A stretch of 61,972 nucleotides of DNA, the filler included, from an uncultured bacterium (GTDB taxonomy: Bacteria > DAOPZR01), in assembly GCA_964637655.1 (NCBI GenBank). It is 7 parts of 7 records of this genome, joined end to end, with 100 filler letters (N's around TTAATTAATTAA, not from the genome) between each part and the next. Parts side by side here need not be neighbours in the genome. Positions count along the whole stretch, not along the records: positions 17,897 to 26,688 come from CAZWUZ010000166.1; positions 26,789 to 35,531 come from CAZWUZ010000167.1; 5 more parts are not named here. One strand, written 5' to 3'. This document shows, piece by piece, positions 20,309 to 30,446 of this stretch (position 1 is its first letter; each line of letters starts with the position of its first letter). The translations under genes were made by a program, and so were the position numbers. The notes below the pieces were generated by a model. That model did no database searches. It was given only the letters and a program-made list of their open reading frames with translations, and was not told the origin of the DNA.

Positions 20309-20761
20309 ATGGGTATCGGGGCAGTCGGCGCCATCGGGGCACAGCCCAGCGCATTTATCTATCAGCCCTCCGCCCCGACCATGCGGCAGGAGCAACCCGC
20401 TCCGCTGCAGGCGCTTACCGGCGCCGTCCGCGCCACCCAGCAGGCGCAGGGGCAGGGTGGCGACTCGCTCTTCCTCTTTCAGGGCAACCTGACCGCTTCA
20501 CCCGTCTCATTGGAAAACAGTTCACTGGCCGCCATCAGCGGTGTGCCGCGCGAAAAGGCGTCGGCACTCGCTGCGGCGCTCGGGCAGTTGAGCGGCGAGC
20601 AGCGCAGTTCCCTCCCCGGCTTCGTCCCGGTTACCGCGGGCAATGTCGATGCCGTCACCGCGGCGGTGCAGCGCGGCCCGGCCGCCGTCGCGGCCATTCC
20701 GGGCGCGCAGCGCGGCACGCAGGGCGTCGGCAGCGGTCTCCTCCTCGACATCACCGGCTGA
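20309..20761 (+). CDS. Hypothetical protein
   Basis: Host-like codon usage; ends GSGLLLDITG. Confidence 0.6.
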   Translation: MGIGAVGAIGAQPSAFIYQPSAPTMRQEQPAPLQALTGAVRATQQAQGQGGDSLFLFQGNLTASPVSLENSSLAAISGVPREKASALAAALGQLSGEQRSSLPGFVPVTAGNVDAVTAAVQRGPAAVAAIPGAQRGTQGVGSGLLLDITG

Positions 20762-20807
20762 ACCGCACCGCTTGCGGCGACCGGTAGTGCGTGGTATAGG
20801 TGTCCGT

Positions 20808-21911
20808 ATGGATGATGCCGCGCGCACCGCGCTGGACGCCTACCTGCAGGACGGTTTTGCCGCGACCGCACCGGGTGCCCCGCCTGTGTTTCCCCTGCCT
20901 GACGAACCGCCTGTCGCCGACTGGCGCGCGACGTACTGCGCGGATAGTGACGCGCACGCGGCATTTGCCCGCCTGCGCGCCGCGCTGGCGCAGCTGCAGC
21001 TGCCGGTACGGGCCGGGCTGAAGGAGACCGACGCGTACCGTGCGGTGATGCGCCGCGGTGAGGCGGTGGACGCGGCGGCCGTCGGCGGCACGCTCGAGTT
21101 GCCCGGCGCGGAACGCCTCACACTGCAGCTGGCCAGTCATCCGCTGGCCGGTACGCTGCCGGTCATCACCGCCCCGACCCATGCCAGTTTCCGCGTGCTG
21201 GTGCAGGCGCTCGCCTGCCGGCATGAACCGGAACCGGTGCGCGACGCGGTGAACGCCATGCTCATCACCGGCATGCGCAACTGGGACCGCGTACACCGTT
21301 ACCGCGACGCGTGGCTGGCCGCGCAGCCCGATGGCGACTGGGGGACCGAGCTGCAGCGCGCGGCAGCGGCGGAGCCGTGGCGGCTTGGCGACACGGTGAT
21401 GCTGCTGACTGACGCACCCTACAGCGGCTGCACGGCGGCGGCGCTCGGGCTGCCGCTCAGCGACAGTGAATGGCGGGCGCAGTCGCTGGTCATCCGCCGC
21501 GAGCACGAATTCCACCATTACCTGACGCGCCGCCTGCACGGGCGGATGCGTAACCACCTGCTTGATGAACTGCTCGCTGACCGGGCCGGGCTGCTGGCCG
21601 CGCGCGGCGCCTATGACCCGTCGCTGGCGCGCGCCTTTCTCGGACTCGCAGCGGACGACAGCATCCGCCCGGAAGGCCGCTTCTTCACCTACTGCACCGG
21701 GCTGCCGCCGGCGGCACACCGGCCGCTGGCCGCGGCGGCCGGACGCGCCATCACCGCGCTCGCCGCGCTGCCGCACGACCCGGCCACCGCCGTGCGCGAC
21801 ACGCTGGCGCTCACGCTGCTGACGCTGGCGGAACTTGCGGCAGATGACGCAGGAACGCGCGTGGCCGCCGCGCAGCAGCGCGCCGCACACTGGTATGCCG
21901 TGAAAGGATGA
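20808..21911 (+). CDS. Hypothetical protein with HEXXH motif
   Basis: IRREHEFHHY...NHLLDELLAD; 3 nt upstream of galT. Confidence 0.65.
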   Translation: MDDAARTALDAYLQDGFAATAPGAPPVFPLPDEPPVADWRATYCADSDAHAAFARLRAALAQLQLPVRAGLKETDAYRAVMRRGEAVDAAAVGGTLELPGAERLTLQLASHPLAGTLPVITAPTHASFRVLVQALACRHEPEPVRDAVNAMLITGMRNWDRVHRYRDAWLAAQPDGDWGTELQRAAAAEPWRLGDTVMLLTDAPYSGCTAAALGLPLSDSEWRAQSLVIRREHEFHHYLTRRLHGRMRNHLLDELLADRAGLLAARGAYDPSLARAFLGLAADDSIRPEGRFFTYCTGLPPAAHRPLAAAAGRAITALAALPHDPATAVRDTLALTLLTLAELAADDAGTRVAAAQQRAAHWYAVKG

Positions 21912-21914
21912 CCC

Positions 21915-22904
21915 ATGTCTGAACTCCGGTTGAACACCGTTTCCAACGAGTGGGTGATCATCGCCCCGTCGCGGGCGCAGCGCCCGTACGATTTCGCCAC
22001 CGCCGCCGTGGCGCGCCCGCCGCGGCCGCAGCAGCGCGCCGACTGCCCCTTCTGCCCGGGAAACGAGCACCGGTCGGAGGAGACCTACCGCCACGGCAAC
22101 GGCGCTACCTGGCAGGTGCGGGTCGTGCGCAACAAGTTTCCCGCGCTGCTGCCCGACGGCATCCCGCAGCGGACGCAGGACGGGGTGTTCCGCGCGATAT
22201 CCGGCGTCGGCATCCACGAGGTGATTATCGAGCATCCGCGCCATGACGCGCAGCTCGCGCGGCTGCCGGTCGCGGACATCGCCGCGGTGCTCGACGTCTG
22301 CCGCCACCGCCACCGCACCGTCGCCGCCGACCCGCGCATCGCCGCGGTGGTGATTTTCAAGAACCACGGGCCGCGCGCGGGGACTTCGCTGGAACACGCG
22401 CACCTGCAGCTCATCGGCACCCCGGTGGTGCCGCCCCAGGTGCGCGTGCGCCACGAGCGGGCGCTGCGGTTCTATGACGAGTTCGGCGACTGCCTCTACT
22501 GCCGCATGCTGGCGCAGGAACTGGCGGCGGCGCAGCGCATCGTCGTCGCCACCGACTACTTCGTGACCTTCATCCCCTTCGCCGCGCTCTCCCCGTTCCA
22601 CACCTGGATTTTCCCGCGCCGCCACTGCAGTTCCTTCGCCGAACTGGCGGACGCGGAACTGCACGACCTGGCGGAAAACCTGCGGCAGTACCTCGGCAAA
22701 CTCGACCGCGGGCTGCACAACCCCGATTTCAACCTGAGCATCCGCTCGTTTCCCGCCGCCGGGCAGGCGGACCCCGCCCTGCACTGGTATGTCAGCGTCG
22801 TGCCGCGCGTCTCGCAGACCGCGGGCTTCGAACTCGGCTCAGGGATGTTCGTCAACGGGGCATGGCCCGAGGAGAGCGCGCGCTTCCTGCGGGAAACGGA
22901 CTGA
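21915..22904 (+). CDS. galT: Galactose-1-phosphate uridylyltransferase
   Basis: EWVIIAPSRAQRP, CPFCPGNE, NKFPAL, HEVIIE, GTSLEHAHLQ, AGFELGSG. Confidence 0.92.
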   Translation: MSELRLNTVSNEWVIIAPSRAQRPYDFATAAVARPPRPQQRADCPFCPGNEHRSEETYRHGNGATWQVRVVRNKFPALLPDGIPQRTQDGVFRAISGVGIHEVIIEHPRHDAQLARLPVADIAAVLDVCRHRHRTVAADPRIAAVVIFKNHGPRAGTSLEHAHLQLIGTPVVPPQVRVRHERALRFYDEFGDCLYCRMLAQELAAAQRIVVATDYFVTFIPFAALSPFHTWIFPRRHCSSFAELADAELHDLAENLRQYLGKLDRGLHNPDFNLSIRSFPAAGQADPALHWYVSVVPRVSQTAGFELGSGMFVNGAWPEESARFLRETD

Positions 22905-22905
22905 T

Positions 22906-24201
22906 TCAGCGCGGGGCGAAGAGGCGGGTGCGCACCGGCTGCCAGCACTGCCCGTCGCGGTCGGCAAAACGTCCCTGCCACGCCGCCGCGCCCGCCAGTC
23001 CGTACTTGCCGACCAGCGCCAGTTTCAGGTCGAGCGAGCGCACATTCTCGAACCAGATCTCGTGTTCGCCCCCCTGCACATCGGTGAATGACATATACAT
23101 GACGCTTTCGGTGTCCAGCCAGACCGGCGGCTGCTGCCAGGTCTGCACCGCCAGCGTGTCCCCGCGCCGCGTCGCGGTCACGCTGTCGCAGGCCAGATCC
23201 CACGTCTCGTCGAGCGTCAAGGCGCGGAACGCCGCGGGGCGGATATGCCGCGGCGCCGTGTCAGGCGACGCGGGATCGCGCAGGTGTTCCCAGTCGTACG
23301 CATAGAAGGGGACCGCCAGCAGCAGTTTGTCGGCGGGTACCTCGTCGAGGGTCTGCACCACGCCCTGCTCGACCCATTCCAGCGACGCCACCGGACCGTT
23401 CTGCGGGCTCATGCTCCAGTGCTGGTCGTACGCCATGAGAATGACGAAATCAGCGGCGCGGGCAAGGCCGGCACGGTCGTAGCGGTCGGCAGCAGTTGAC
23501 CAGCGCCGCGTGATGCAGACCGCCAGCGGAATGCCGCGCGCGCGCAGGTGCGCACCCAGCCGGGCGGTGAACGCCGTCAGCGCCGCGGCATCTTCGACCG
23601 GGTGGTTCTCCGCATCGAGCACGATACCGTCGGCAGCGCAGGTCTCCGCGAAAGCCACCACCGCCGCCACTGCCGCCGCCATGAGCGGTTCGCTGTTCAG
23701 CAGTACGTGTGCCGGGGCCGCCTGCAGCAGTTGCACCGTCGGCCAGACGCGGCAGCCGCGCGCCTGCGCGGCGGTGACATAGGCGCGGCTGGCGCGCCGC
23801 CGGTTGACCGTCAGTTCACCGTTCTCCACGCCCAGCGCCAACCAGACAGGTGAGAGGACCGAGACCGCATCGGTGGTAATCGTCACGGTCTCCGGGTTGT
23901 ATTCCCAGAGCAGCATGAGCGCGGGGCGGGCAGCAGGCGCGGCAATGACCGGTTCCACCGTGACCGACATGCCCGGGGTTGTCATCTCCGCCACAACCGC
24001 CGGAGCCGGCACGGGTGCAGACGCGGCCGGTAGTGCGGTCTGCGCGGCGGTCTCGGGGACAGCCAGGCGCAGGCGCATCCGGACCTCTTTGTCGAACACC
24101 CCGCTTATTTCCGTTGTCAATTCGTCCGCCCATGCGGCAGGTACGCACGGTAAAGCAATAATCAAAACCAGCAGAGCAGGAACGAAAACCATGTTCTTCA
24201 T
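22906..24201 (-). CDS. Secreted glycoside hydrolase family 18 protein
   Basis: Signal peptide; DGIVLDAE, MAYDQH, LAVPFY, EIWFEN, AAAW. Confidence 0.85.
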   Translation of the reverse strand: MKNMVFVPALLVLIIALPCVPAAWADELTTEISGVFDKEVRMRLRLAVPETAAQTALPAASAPVPAPAVVAEMTTPGMSVTVEPVIAAPAARPALMLLWEYNPETVTITTDAVSVLSPVWLALGVENGELTVNRRRASRAYVTAAQARGCRVWPTVQLLQAAPAHVLLNSEPLMAAAVAAVVAFAETCAADGIVLDAENHPVEDAAALTAFTARLGAHLRARGIPLAVCITRRWSTAADRYDRAGLARAADFVILMAYDQHWSMSPQNGPVASLEWVEQGVVQTLDEVPADKLLLAVPFYAYDWEHLRDPASPDTAPRHIRPAAFRALTLDETWDLACDSVTATRRGDTLAVQTWQQPPVWLDTESVMYMSFTDVQGGEHEIWFENVRSLDLKLALVGKYGLAGAAAWQGRFADRDGQCWQPVRTRLFAPR

Positions 24202-24268
24202 ACGTTGCAGCAGTGTACCTGCCGGCCAACTCCGCGTCAAGTTCAGTGTGCTATCCGCCTGATGAAAG

Positions 24269-24286
24269 GTGTCATTTTTATGACAC
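24269..24286. promoter_or_regulatory. Inverted repeat, candidate enhancer-binding protein site
   Basis: GTGTCAT-TTTT-ATGACAC about 100 bp upstream of a sigma54 motif. Confidence 0.5.
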
Positions 24287-24376
24287 ATCGGTCTTTGCCA
24301 TGTCAGAATATCAACGCATCAATTGTTAGGATAATTTCGTCTTTATAATTCAGGTGGTTATAAACAATAAAAATAC

Positions 24377-24405
24377 TTGACAAATGGCAGATCGTTTGCT
24401 AAAAT
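24377..24405 (+). promoter_or_regulatory. Overlapping sigma70 and sigma54 promoters of the pilin gene
   Basis: TTGACA-17bp-TAAAAT, with TGGCAG-ATCGT-TTGCT (24385-24400) inside it. Confidence 0.7.
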
Positions 24406-24454
24406 GATGGGCGTGGTACAAAGTGAAGCGAAAAACCTTGAAAGGAGAAGTAAT

Positions 24455-24868
24455 ATGAAGAAACAGTCAGGTTTCACCCTCATCGAGCTGCTGGTTGTCG
24501 TCGCGATCATCGGTATTCTCGCCGCGGTCGCGATCCCGAAGTTGCTGTCGGCCATTGAGAAGTCGAAGGTCGGCGCGTCGGCCGGTGACATCGGCGCCAT
24601 GAACTCGGCGCTGGCGCTGTATCAGGTCGACGTGACCTGCAAGAAGTTCCCGAGCACCACCCTGCTCCAGCTGTACAGCGACAATGCCGGTGGCTGGTCA
24701 GGCCCGTACATGGCGACCATCACCAGCGACCCGTGGGACAATGCCTACACGTTTACGTCCGCCGGTTCGTCCTACACGATTCAGTCGCTGCATAATTCCG
24801 ACTACAACAAGTCGGAGACCATCCGCTACTGTTCGAACAGCGGCGTGATGGAATCGCTGCCGGTCTAA
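24455..24868 (+). CDS. Type IV pilin / GspG-like major (pseudo)pilin
   Basis: KKQSG|FTLIELLVVVAIIGILAAVAIP; WSGPY, DPW; AAGGAG RBS. Confidence 0.92.
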   Translation: MKKQSGFTLIELLVVVAIIGILAAVAIPKLLSAIEKSKVGASAGDIGAMNSALALYQVDVTCKKFPSTTLLQLYSDNAGGWSGPYMATITSDPWDNAYTFTSAGSSYTIQSLHNSDYNKSETIRYCSNSGVMESLPV

Positions 24869-24880
24869 GTAGCACCCACA

Positions 24881-24915
24881 AACGGCAGGCGGAATATTCC
24901 GCCTGCCGTTTTTTT
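24881..24915 (+). terminator. Rho-independent terminator between the two pilin genes
   Basis: AACGGCAGGCGGAA-TA-TTCCGCCTGCCGTT followed by T tract. Confidence 0.9.
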
Positions 24916-24938
24916 ATGCCTTTTCTCCGGAGATTCGG

Positions 24939-25349
24939 ATGCGTCACCAGCGTGGCTTCACCCTTATCGAACTGCTTGTGGTCGTCGCCATCATCGGCGT
25001 TCTCGCCGCGGTAGCGATACCAAAATTACTGTCGGCCATCGAGAAATCGAGGATCGGGGCGGCAGCAGGTGACATCGGCGCGATGAATTCAGCTATGGCG
25101 CTCTATCAGGTCGATGCAACCTGCAAAAAATTTCCCGGCACCACCCTGATGCAATTGTACAGTGACAATGCCAGCGGCTGGGCAGGGCCCTACATGGCGA
25201 CCATCACCACAGATCCGTGGGAGAACAGCTACACCTATTCCAGTTCCGGCGGCAATTACACCATTCAGTCAGTGCACAATTCTGACTACCAGAAGGGCGA
25301 GACTGTCCGCTACATGTCCGATTACGGCAACATCGAATCACTCCCCTGA
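24939..25349 (+). CDS. Second pilin paralog
   Basis: QRG|FTLIELL...; about 80% identical to the upstream pilin by manual count. Confidence 0.9.
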   Translation: MRHQRGFTLIELLVVVAIIGVLAAVAIPKLLSAIEKSRIGAAAGDIGAMNSAMALYQVDATCKKFPGTTLMQLYSDNASGWAGPYMATITTDPWENSYTYSSSGGNYTIQSVHNSDYQKGETVRYMSDYGNIESLP

Positions 25350-25368
25350 CCCGGCGTTGCCATTCGTA

Positions 25369-25397
25369 TTGACACCTGTCGTCCGGTGCGCTATCGT
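25369..25397 (+). promoter_or_regulatory. Sigma70-type promoter
   Basis: TTGACA-17bp-TATCGT just before ATG 25406. Confidence 0.5.
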
Positions 25398-25405
25398 ATG
25401 ACCTG

Positions 25406-26688
25406 ATGAAACCATCCTTCCTGATGAACGGGCTCTGTCTCGTGGCCGTGTTCGTCATCCTCGCCACCGGCCTGCTGGAACCGCTGTTTGTCACGCTGGT
25501 TGCCACCCTGCTGCTCTTCCTGCTCGCCGCGTGCGGCCCGCTGCCGGCCCTGCTCGAGCATGACCGCCCGCTGCGTCTCCTGTTCGCTGTTTCCGTTGTT
25601 GCGGCACTGCTCCTGTTATCCCTGCCCGCCACCGGCAACCGCTTTGCCCCGCTTGCTGAAGGGTTGCGCCTGTTTACTGTCTGGCTGTACGGACTGCTGC
25701 TGCTTGCCTGCCTGCGTGCGTATCCGTGGACCGGGCCCGTCATCTTCCGCCGGTATTATGCTGCCGCCCTGCTCGCGGCCGGCTGGGGACTGGGCCACTA
25801 CCTTTTCAGCGGCGAATCACGCCTCACCGCGACCTGGGCCAATCCGTCGCTGACCGGGGCCATGCTGTTGCCCGCCCTGCTGTACACCCTGGTGCGTCAC
25901 CATGTGCCCTGGACACGCCAGCGACTGGGTGCCGCCCTGCTGTTGTCTGCCGCGCTCTACTGCACCCATTCGCGCGGGGTCATCGTCGCGCTGCTGCTGG
26001 CGCTCCCCGTGCTGCCATGGTGCGAGCGTCCAGCCACACGACGCGGCCTGCTGGTGGCTGCCGCCGCCATTCTGCTGCTCGCCGGCGCACACTTTTCCGG
26101 CGGTCTGGCGCGCTGGAGCACCGGCGCCGGGGGTGACCCGCAATCGTTCGGCCGGCTGGCCATCTGGCAGGCCACCGGCGGCATCATCACCGCCTCACCC
26201 TGGCGCGGGGTCGGGGCCGGTGCTTTTGCCGAGGCCATGCCGCCGCACAAGTTTCCCTCGCTGCGCGACCCGTTCCTGTACGGCCAGATCGCCCGCCACG
26301 CCCACAATTTCTACCTGCAGGTGGCCGCAGAATACGGCCTGCCGGCACTCATCGCGCTGCTCTACCTGCTCGCCCTGCTGCTCTACCGTCTGCCGCGCGC
26401 CGCCGCCGCACCTGCCGGTGTCCGGACCGCCCTGGTGGTCTGGCTGCTGCATGCCGGTGTCGAGAATCTGTCCACCTTCACCCCGACGCTGCTGCTCGGG
26501 ACTTTCCTCGCGGCCTTCATCCTGCCCCACCTCTTTCCGCCGGTGGCGCGGCTGATCCTGCCGCGACCGCTCCCCGGTGTATCGCTGCTGGCCGGCGGCA
26601 TGCTGCTGCTGCTGGCCCTGCCTCCCGTTGTCGGACAGTATCATTTCGGCCGCGGCACTGAGGCCGAACAGCAGAGCGATCTCACTGC
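25406..26688 (+). CDS. O-antigen ligase (Wzy_C) family protein, probable pilin O-oligosaccharyltransferase, 3'-truncated
   Basis: Polytopic; THSRG, GRLAIW, PWRGVGAGAF, HAHNFYLQVAAEYG; follows the pilins. Confidence 0.85.
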
Positions 26689-26788
26689 NNNNNNNNNNNN
26701 NNNNNNNNNNNNNNNNNNNNNNNNNNNNNNNNTTAATTAATTAANNNNNNNNNNNNNNNNNNNNNNNNNNNNNNNNNNNNNNNNNNNN

Positions 26789-28240
26789 ACGCGGCTGGCG
26801 GCGATGGATGCAGCCGCTGTCGCTGACCTCATCGCGCGCGACCGCCGCCAGCGGGATGCGACGGCAGCCGGGTGCAGGCAGGCGGTGGCGGCGCTGCAGG
26901 CGACGGGGGTGTGGGACGGCAATCCCGCGGACCTGAACCCGGAACAGCGTGCCGACCTGCTGGCGCGCTGGCGGGTGGTGCTCGACCACTGCCTCACGCT
27001 GGAAACGCTCAAGCAGCGGCACCGCACCTTCTGGCAGCTCAACTACCTGGCGCAGCCCGCGCTCAAGGCGCAATCGTTCCTGCTCGCGTACAGTGCGTTC
27101 ACGACGGTGTGCCGGACGTCGGCGGAACTGGCGCTGATGACGGATGACAGCCGGGAACTGGCGACGCTGCTCAACGAGGAACGCCGCGACCCGGGCATCC
27201 CGGGCAACGCGCTCTTCGCGCTGCAGCAGGGGCTGACGACACCCGAAACGCTGCTGCTGCTCAATGCCGGCTATGCCAATCTCGCCTTCCTCAAGGAACG
27301 CGGGCATTTTGCGGAGGCGCGGCTGCAGCAGCGGCACGCGCAGACGCTGGCGACGGCGGACGCGGTCTTCGCGGCCCTCGGCAAAAACCCGGAGCGCATC
27401 GTTACCAATCCGCTTGCCTTCTATGAGCAGACGAGCTTCACCCTCTGGTTCCCCTTCCAGAAGAACCTGGCGGAATGGATGGGCGACGTGCGGACGACGG
27501 GGCGGCCGCCACTCATCGCGCTGAGCGACCTGCAGGCGGTGCGCAGCATGCTCGAACCGGGCGACATCATGATCGAGCGGCGCAACTGGTACCTGAGCAA
27601 TCTCGGCCTGCCGGGCTTCTGGCCGCACGCGGCGCTCTACACCGGCGACCTGACGCAACTCGACGTGTATTTCGCGGAGCAGCGCGACCTGACCGGCGGC
27701 AAGCCGTTTTCTGAATATATCACGGCGGAGTTCCCGGCGGTGCGCGCGGCGTTCGACCAGCAGGTCGAGGGGTATCGCCCGAGCGTCATCGAGGCGGTGA
27801 GCGAAGGGGTCATCCTGCACCCGTTCGAGGTGAGCGCGCACGCGGATTACGTGGCGATGCTGCGCCCGCGTCTCGACCGCAAAGCGAAACTGCAGGCCAT
27901 TCTCGAATCATTCCGCCATTACGGCAAGCCGTACGATTTCAATTTCGACTTCATCACCGACAACGAGGTGGTCTGCTCGGAACTGGTGGCCAAGGCGTAT
28001 GAGCCGCGCGCGGGCAAAGACGGCATCCGCTTCGCGCTGGAGGTGTCAGCGGGGCGGCAGGTCGTCCCGCCCAACAGCATCATCGCGCGTTTCGACCGCG
28101 AGTACGGCACGCCGGAGGCGGCGCTCGACTTCGTCGCCTTTCTCGACGGCAGCGAGGCGGAAGGCCGCGCCCATCGCCGCGACGCGGAGGTGCTGCGCGC
28201 CTCGTGGCGCCGCCCGAAATGGGACGTGGCGCAGCACTAA
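26789..28240 (+). CDS. YiiX/YebB-like permuted NlpC/P60 cysteine hydrolase, 5'-truncated
   Basis: PGDI, GFWPHAALY, IEAVSEGV, GKPYDFNF, VCSELV (His before Cys). Confidence 0.85.
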   Translation, partial: TRLAAMDAAAVADLIARDRRQRDATAAGCRQAVAALQATGVWDGNPADLNPEQRADLLARWRVVLDHCLTLETLKQRHRTFWQLNYLAQPALKAQSFLLAYSAFTTVCRTSAELALMTDDSRELATLLNEERRDPGIPGNALFALQQGLTTPETLLLLNAGYANLAFLKERGHFAEARLQQRHAQTLATADAVFAALGKNPERIVTNPLAFYEQTSFTLWFPFQKNLAEWMGDVRTTGRPPLIALSDLQAVRSMLEPGDIMIERRNWYLSNLGLPGFWPHAALYTGDLTQLDVYFAEQRDLTGGKPFSEYITAEFPAVRAAFDQQVEGYRPSVIEAVSEGVILHPFEVSAHADYVAMLRPRLDRKAKLQAILESFRHYGKPYDFNFDFITDNEVVCSELVAKAYEPRAGKDGIRFALEVSAGRQVVPPNSIIARFDREYGTPEAALDFVAFLDGSEAEGRAHRRDAEVLRASWRRPKWDVAQH

Positions 28241-28311
28241 CGTCGTTGACGTGCGGACAGACAGGGTGATAGGATGCGGCGGCAAGCGGTGCAGGGCGCG
28301 GAGGCAAGGCG

Positions 28312-29469
28312 TTGCATCACGCAGAAACTTCGACACCGGCGCGGGCTGATTTCCGGCGCCGCCATTTCCCTGCTGCGTCGCGCGCGGACTGGGACGACTG
28401 GCGCTGGCAGTTGCGCCACCGGATCACGACGCTGCCGGCACTGGCGGCCATTCTCAAACTGACGCCGGCGGAACGGGCCTGGTTCACGCGGCCGCATCAG
28501 GCGCCCGGCGGCACGCTCCCGTTCGCCCTGACGCCCTACGTTGCCGCACTCCTCGCCGCCGCGCCGCGTTCACCGCTGCGTCGCACCGTCATTCCCACGC
28601 GGCATGAACTGCGCACCAGTCCGGGCGAAACTGATGATCCGCTGGCGGAGGAGCGGACCAGCCCGGTGCCGCAACTCGTGCATCGCTACCCTGACCGCGT
28701 GCTGCTGCTGGTCACGGATGCCTGTGCCGTCTACTGCCGCTTCTGCACCCGGGCGCGGCGTACGGGCCGGACAACGGCGCTGCCGCTCGCTGCGCGCCTG
28801 GCGCCCGCGCTCGACTACATCGCACGGCACCGCGCGGTGCGCGAGGTGGTCGTCTCGGGCGGCGATCCGCTCCTGCTCACCGACCGGGAACTGGGCGACC
28901 TGCTCCGGCGCCTGCGCGCGATGCCGCACGTCGAGATCATCCGCCTCGGCACGCGCGTGCCGGTAGCGCTCCCGCAGCGCATCACGCCCGGTCTCGTCCG
29001 GTGCCTCAGGCGTATGGCGCCGCTCATGGTCGCCATTCATGTGAACCACGCGGACGAACTGACGGCGGAGGCGGCCCTGGCCTGCCGGCGCCTGGCCGAG
29101 GCCGGGATCATGCTGACCGGCAACACCGTGCTCCTCAAGGGCGTGAATGACCGTGTCCCCGTTCTGCGCGACCTGCTGCGCGCGCAACTGCGCAACCGGA
29201 TCCGGCCCGGCAACCTCTACCGTTGCGATGAGCGTTGCGGCACGGCGCATTTCCGGACCCCGGTGCGCAGGGGTTGCGACCTGCTGCGCGGGCTGCACGG
29301 GTGGATTTCCGGCGGCGCGGTGCCGCACTATCTCGTCGATCTGAGCGGCGGCGGCGGCAAGGTGCCGCTGGTGCCCGATTACCTGCTCGGCCGCGAGGGT
29401 GACCACCTGCTGTTCCGCAATTACGCGGGCCGTCGCTTCCGCGCCTTCGACCCGGAAGCGGACGCATGA
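28312..29469 (+). CDS. KamA-family radical SAM enzyme (lysine 2,3-aminomutase-like)
   Basis: DWRWQL, DPLAEE, HRYPDRVL, CAVYCRFC, SGGDPL, GGGGKVP (PLP lysine). Confidence 0.92.
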   Translation: MHHAETSTPARADFRRRHFPAASRADWDDWRWQLRHRITTLPALAAILKLTPAERAWFTRPHQAPGGTLPFALTPYVAALLAAAPRSPLRRTVIPTRHELRTSPGETDDPLAEERTSPVPQLVHRYPDRVLLLVTDACAVYCRFCTRARRTGRTTALPLAARLAPALDYIARHRAVREVVVSGGDPLLLTDRELGDLLRRLRAMPHVEIIRLGTRVPVALPQRITPGLVRCLRRMAPLMVAIHVNHADELTAEAALACRRLAEAGIMLTGNTVLLKGVNDRVPVLRDLLRAQLRNRIRPGNLYRCDERCGTAHFRTPVRRGCDLLRGLHGWISGGAVPHYLVDLSGGGGKVPLVPDYLLGREGDHLLFRNYAGRRFRAFDPEADA

Positions 29470-30446
29470 ACATCGGCCTGGTCTTTGACCTGCGCGACGA
29501 GTATCTGGCTCGCGGCTGGAGTCCGGAGGCGGCGGCGGAGTTCGACGCGGAGGAGACAATTGCCGCGATAGCGGCGGGCATCGTGCAGTCGGGGCATGCC
29601 GTGGAGCGGATCGGCGGCCTCGCGGAACTCGTGCCGCGCCTTGCGGCGGGACAACGCTGGGACCTGGTCTTCAACCTCGCCGAGGGGTGTTGCGGCAGCA
29701 GTCGCGAGGCGCAGGTTCCGGCGTTGCTCGAGGCCTGGCAGATACCCTGCACTTTTTCTGACGCGACGGTCATGGCCCTCTGCCAGCGGAAATCGCTGGC
29801 CAAGCGCGTGCTGCGCGACCTGGGATTGCCGACCCCGGACTTTGCGGTGGTGGACGACCCGGGCGACGTGCAGCACGTCACGCTGCCGTATCCGCTCTTC
29901 GTCAAACCCGAGGCCGAGGGGAGCAGCAAGGGCATTGACAGCGCCAGCATCGTGCATGACCCCGCCGCGCTGGCGCGACGCTGCGCCGTACTCCGCGCGC
30001 GCTTCGCCCAGCCGGTGCTCGTCGAGACCTGCCTGCCGGGTCGTGAATTCACGGTGGGCCTGCTCGGTACCGGCATGGAGGCCGTTGCGGTCGGCGCGCT
30101 GGAAGTCGTGCCGCTGCCGGCGGCCGAGCCCGGGGCCTACACCTTCCGCAACAAGGAGGAGTGTCGCGACCGTATCGCCTACCGGCTGACGACCGGGCCG
30201 CTGGCGGAGGAACTCGCGGTGCTGGCGCTGGCGGCCTGGCGCGGTGTTGGCGGACGGGATGCCGGACGCATTGATTTCCGGCTCGACGCTGACGGCCGGC
30301 CGGCCATTCTCGAAATCAATCCGCTGCCCGGCCTGCGCCCCGGCTACTCCGATCTCCCGCTGCTCTGCGCGCAGCAGCATATCAGCCATGGCGAACTGAT
30401 CCGGCGCATCCTTGCGTCGGCGGCGGTCCGTTGCGGTGCTGTATGA
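29466..30446 (+). CDS. D-Ala-D-Ala ligase-like ATP-grasp enzyme 1
   Basis: VFNLAEG, KPEAEGSSKGI, GREFTV, GRIDFR, EINPLPG. Confidence 0.88.
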   Translation: MNIGLVFDLRDEYLARGWSPEAAAEFDAEETIAAIAAGIVQSGHAVERIGGLAELVPRLAAGQRWDLVFNLAEGCCGSSREAQVPALLEAWQIPCTFSDATVMALCQRKSLAKRVLRDLGLPTPDFAVVDDPGDVQHVTLPYPLFVKPEAEGSSKGIDSASIVHDPAALARRCAVLRARFAQPVLVETCLPGREFTVGLLGTGMEAVAVGALEVVPLPAAEPGAYTFRNKEECRDRIAYRLTTGPLAEELAVLALAAWRGVGGRDAGRIDFRLDADGRPAILEINPLPGLRPGYSDLPLLCAQQHISHGELIRRILASAAVRCGAV

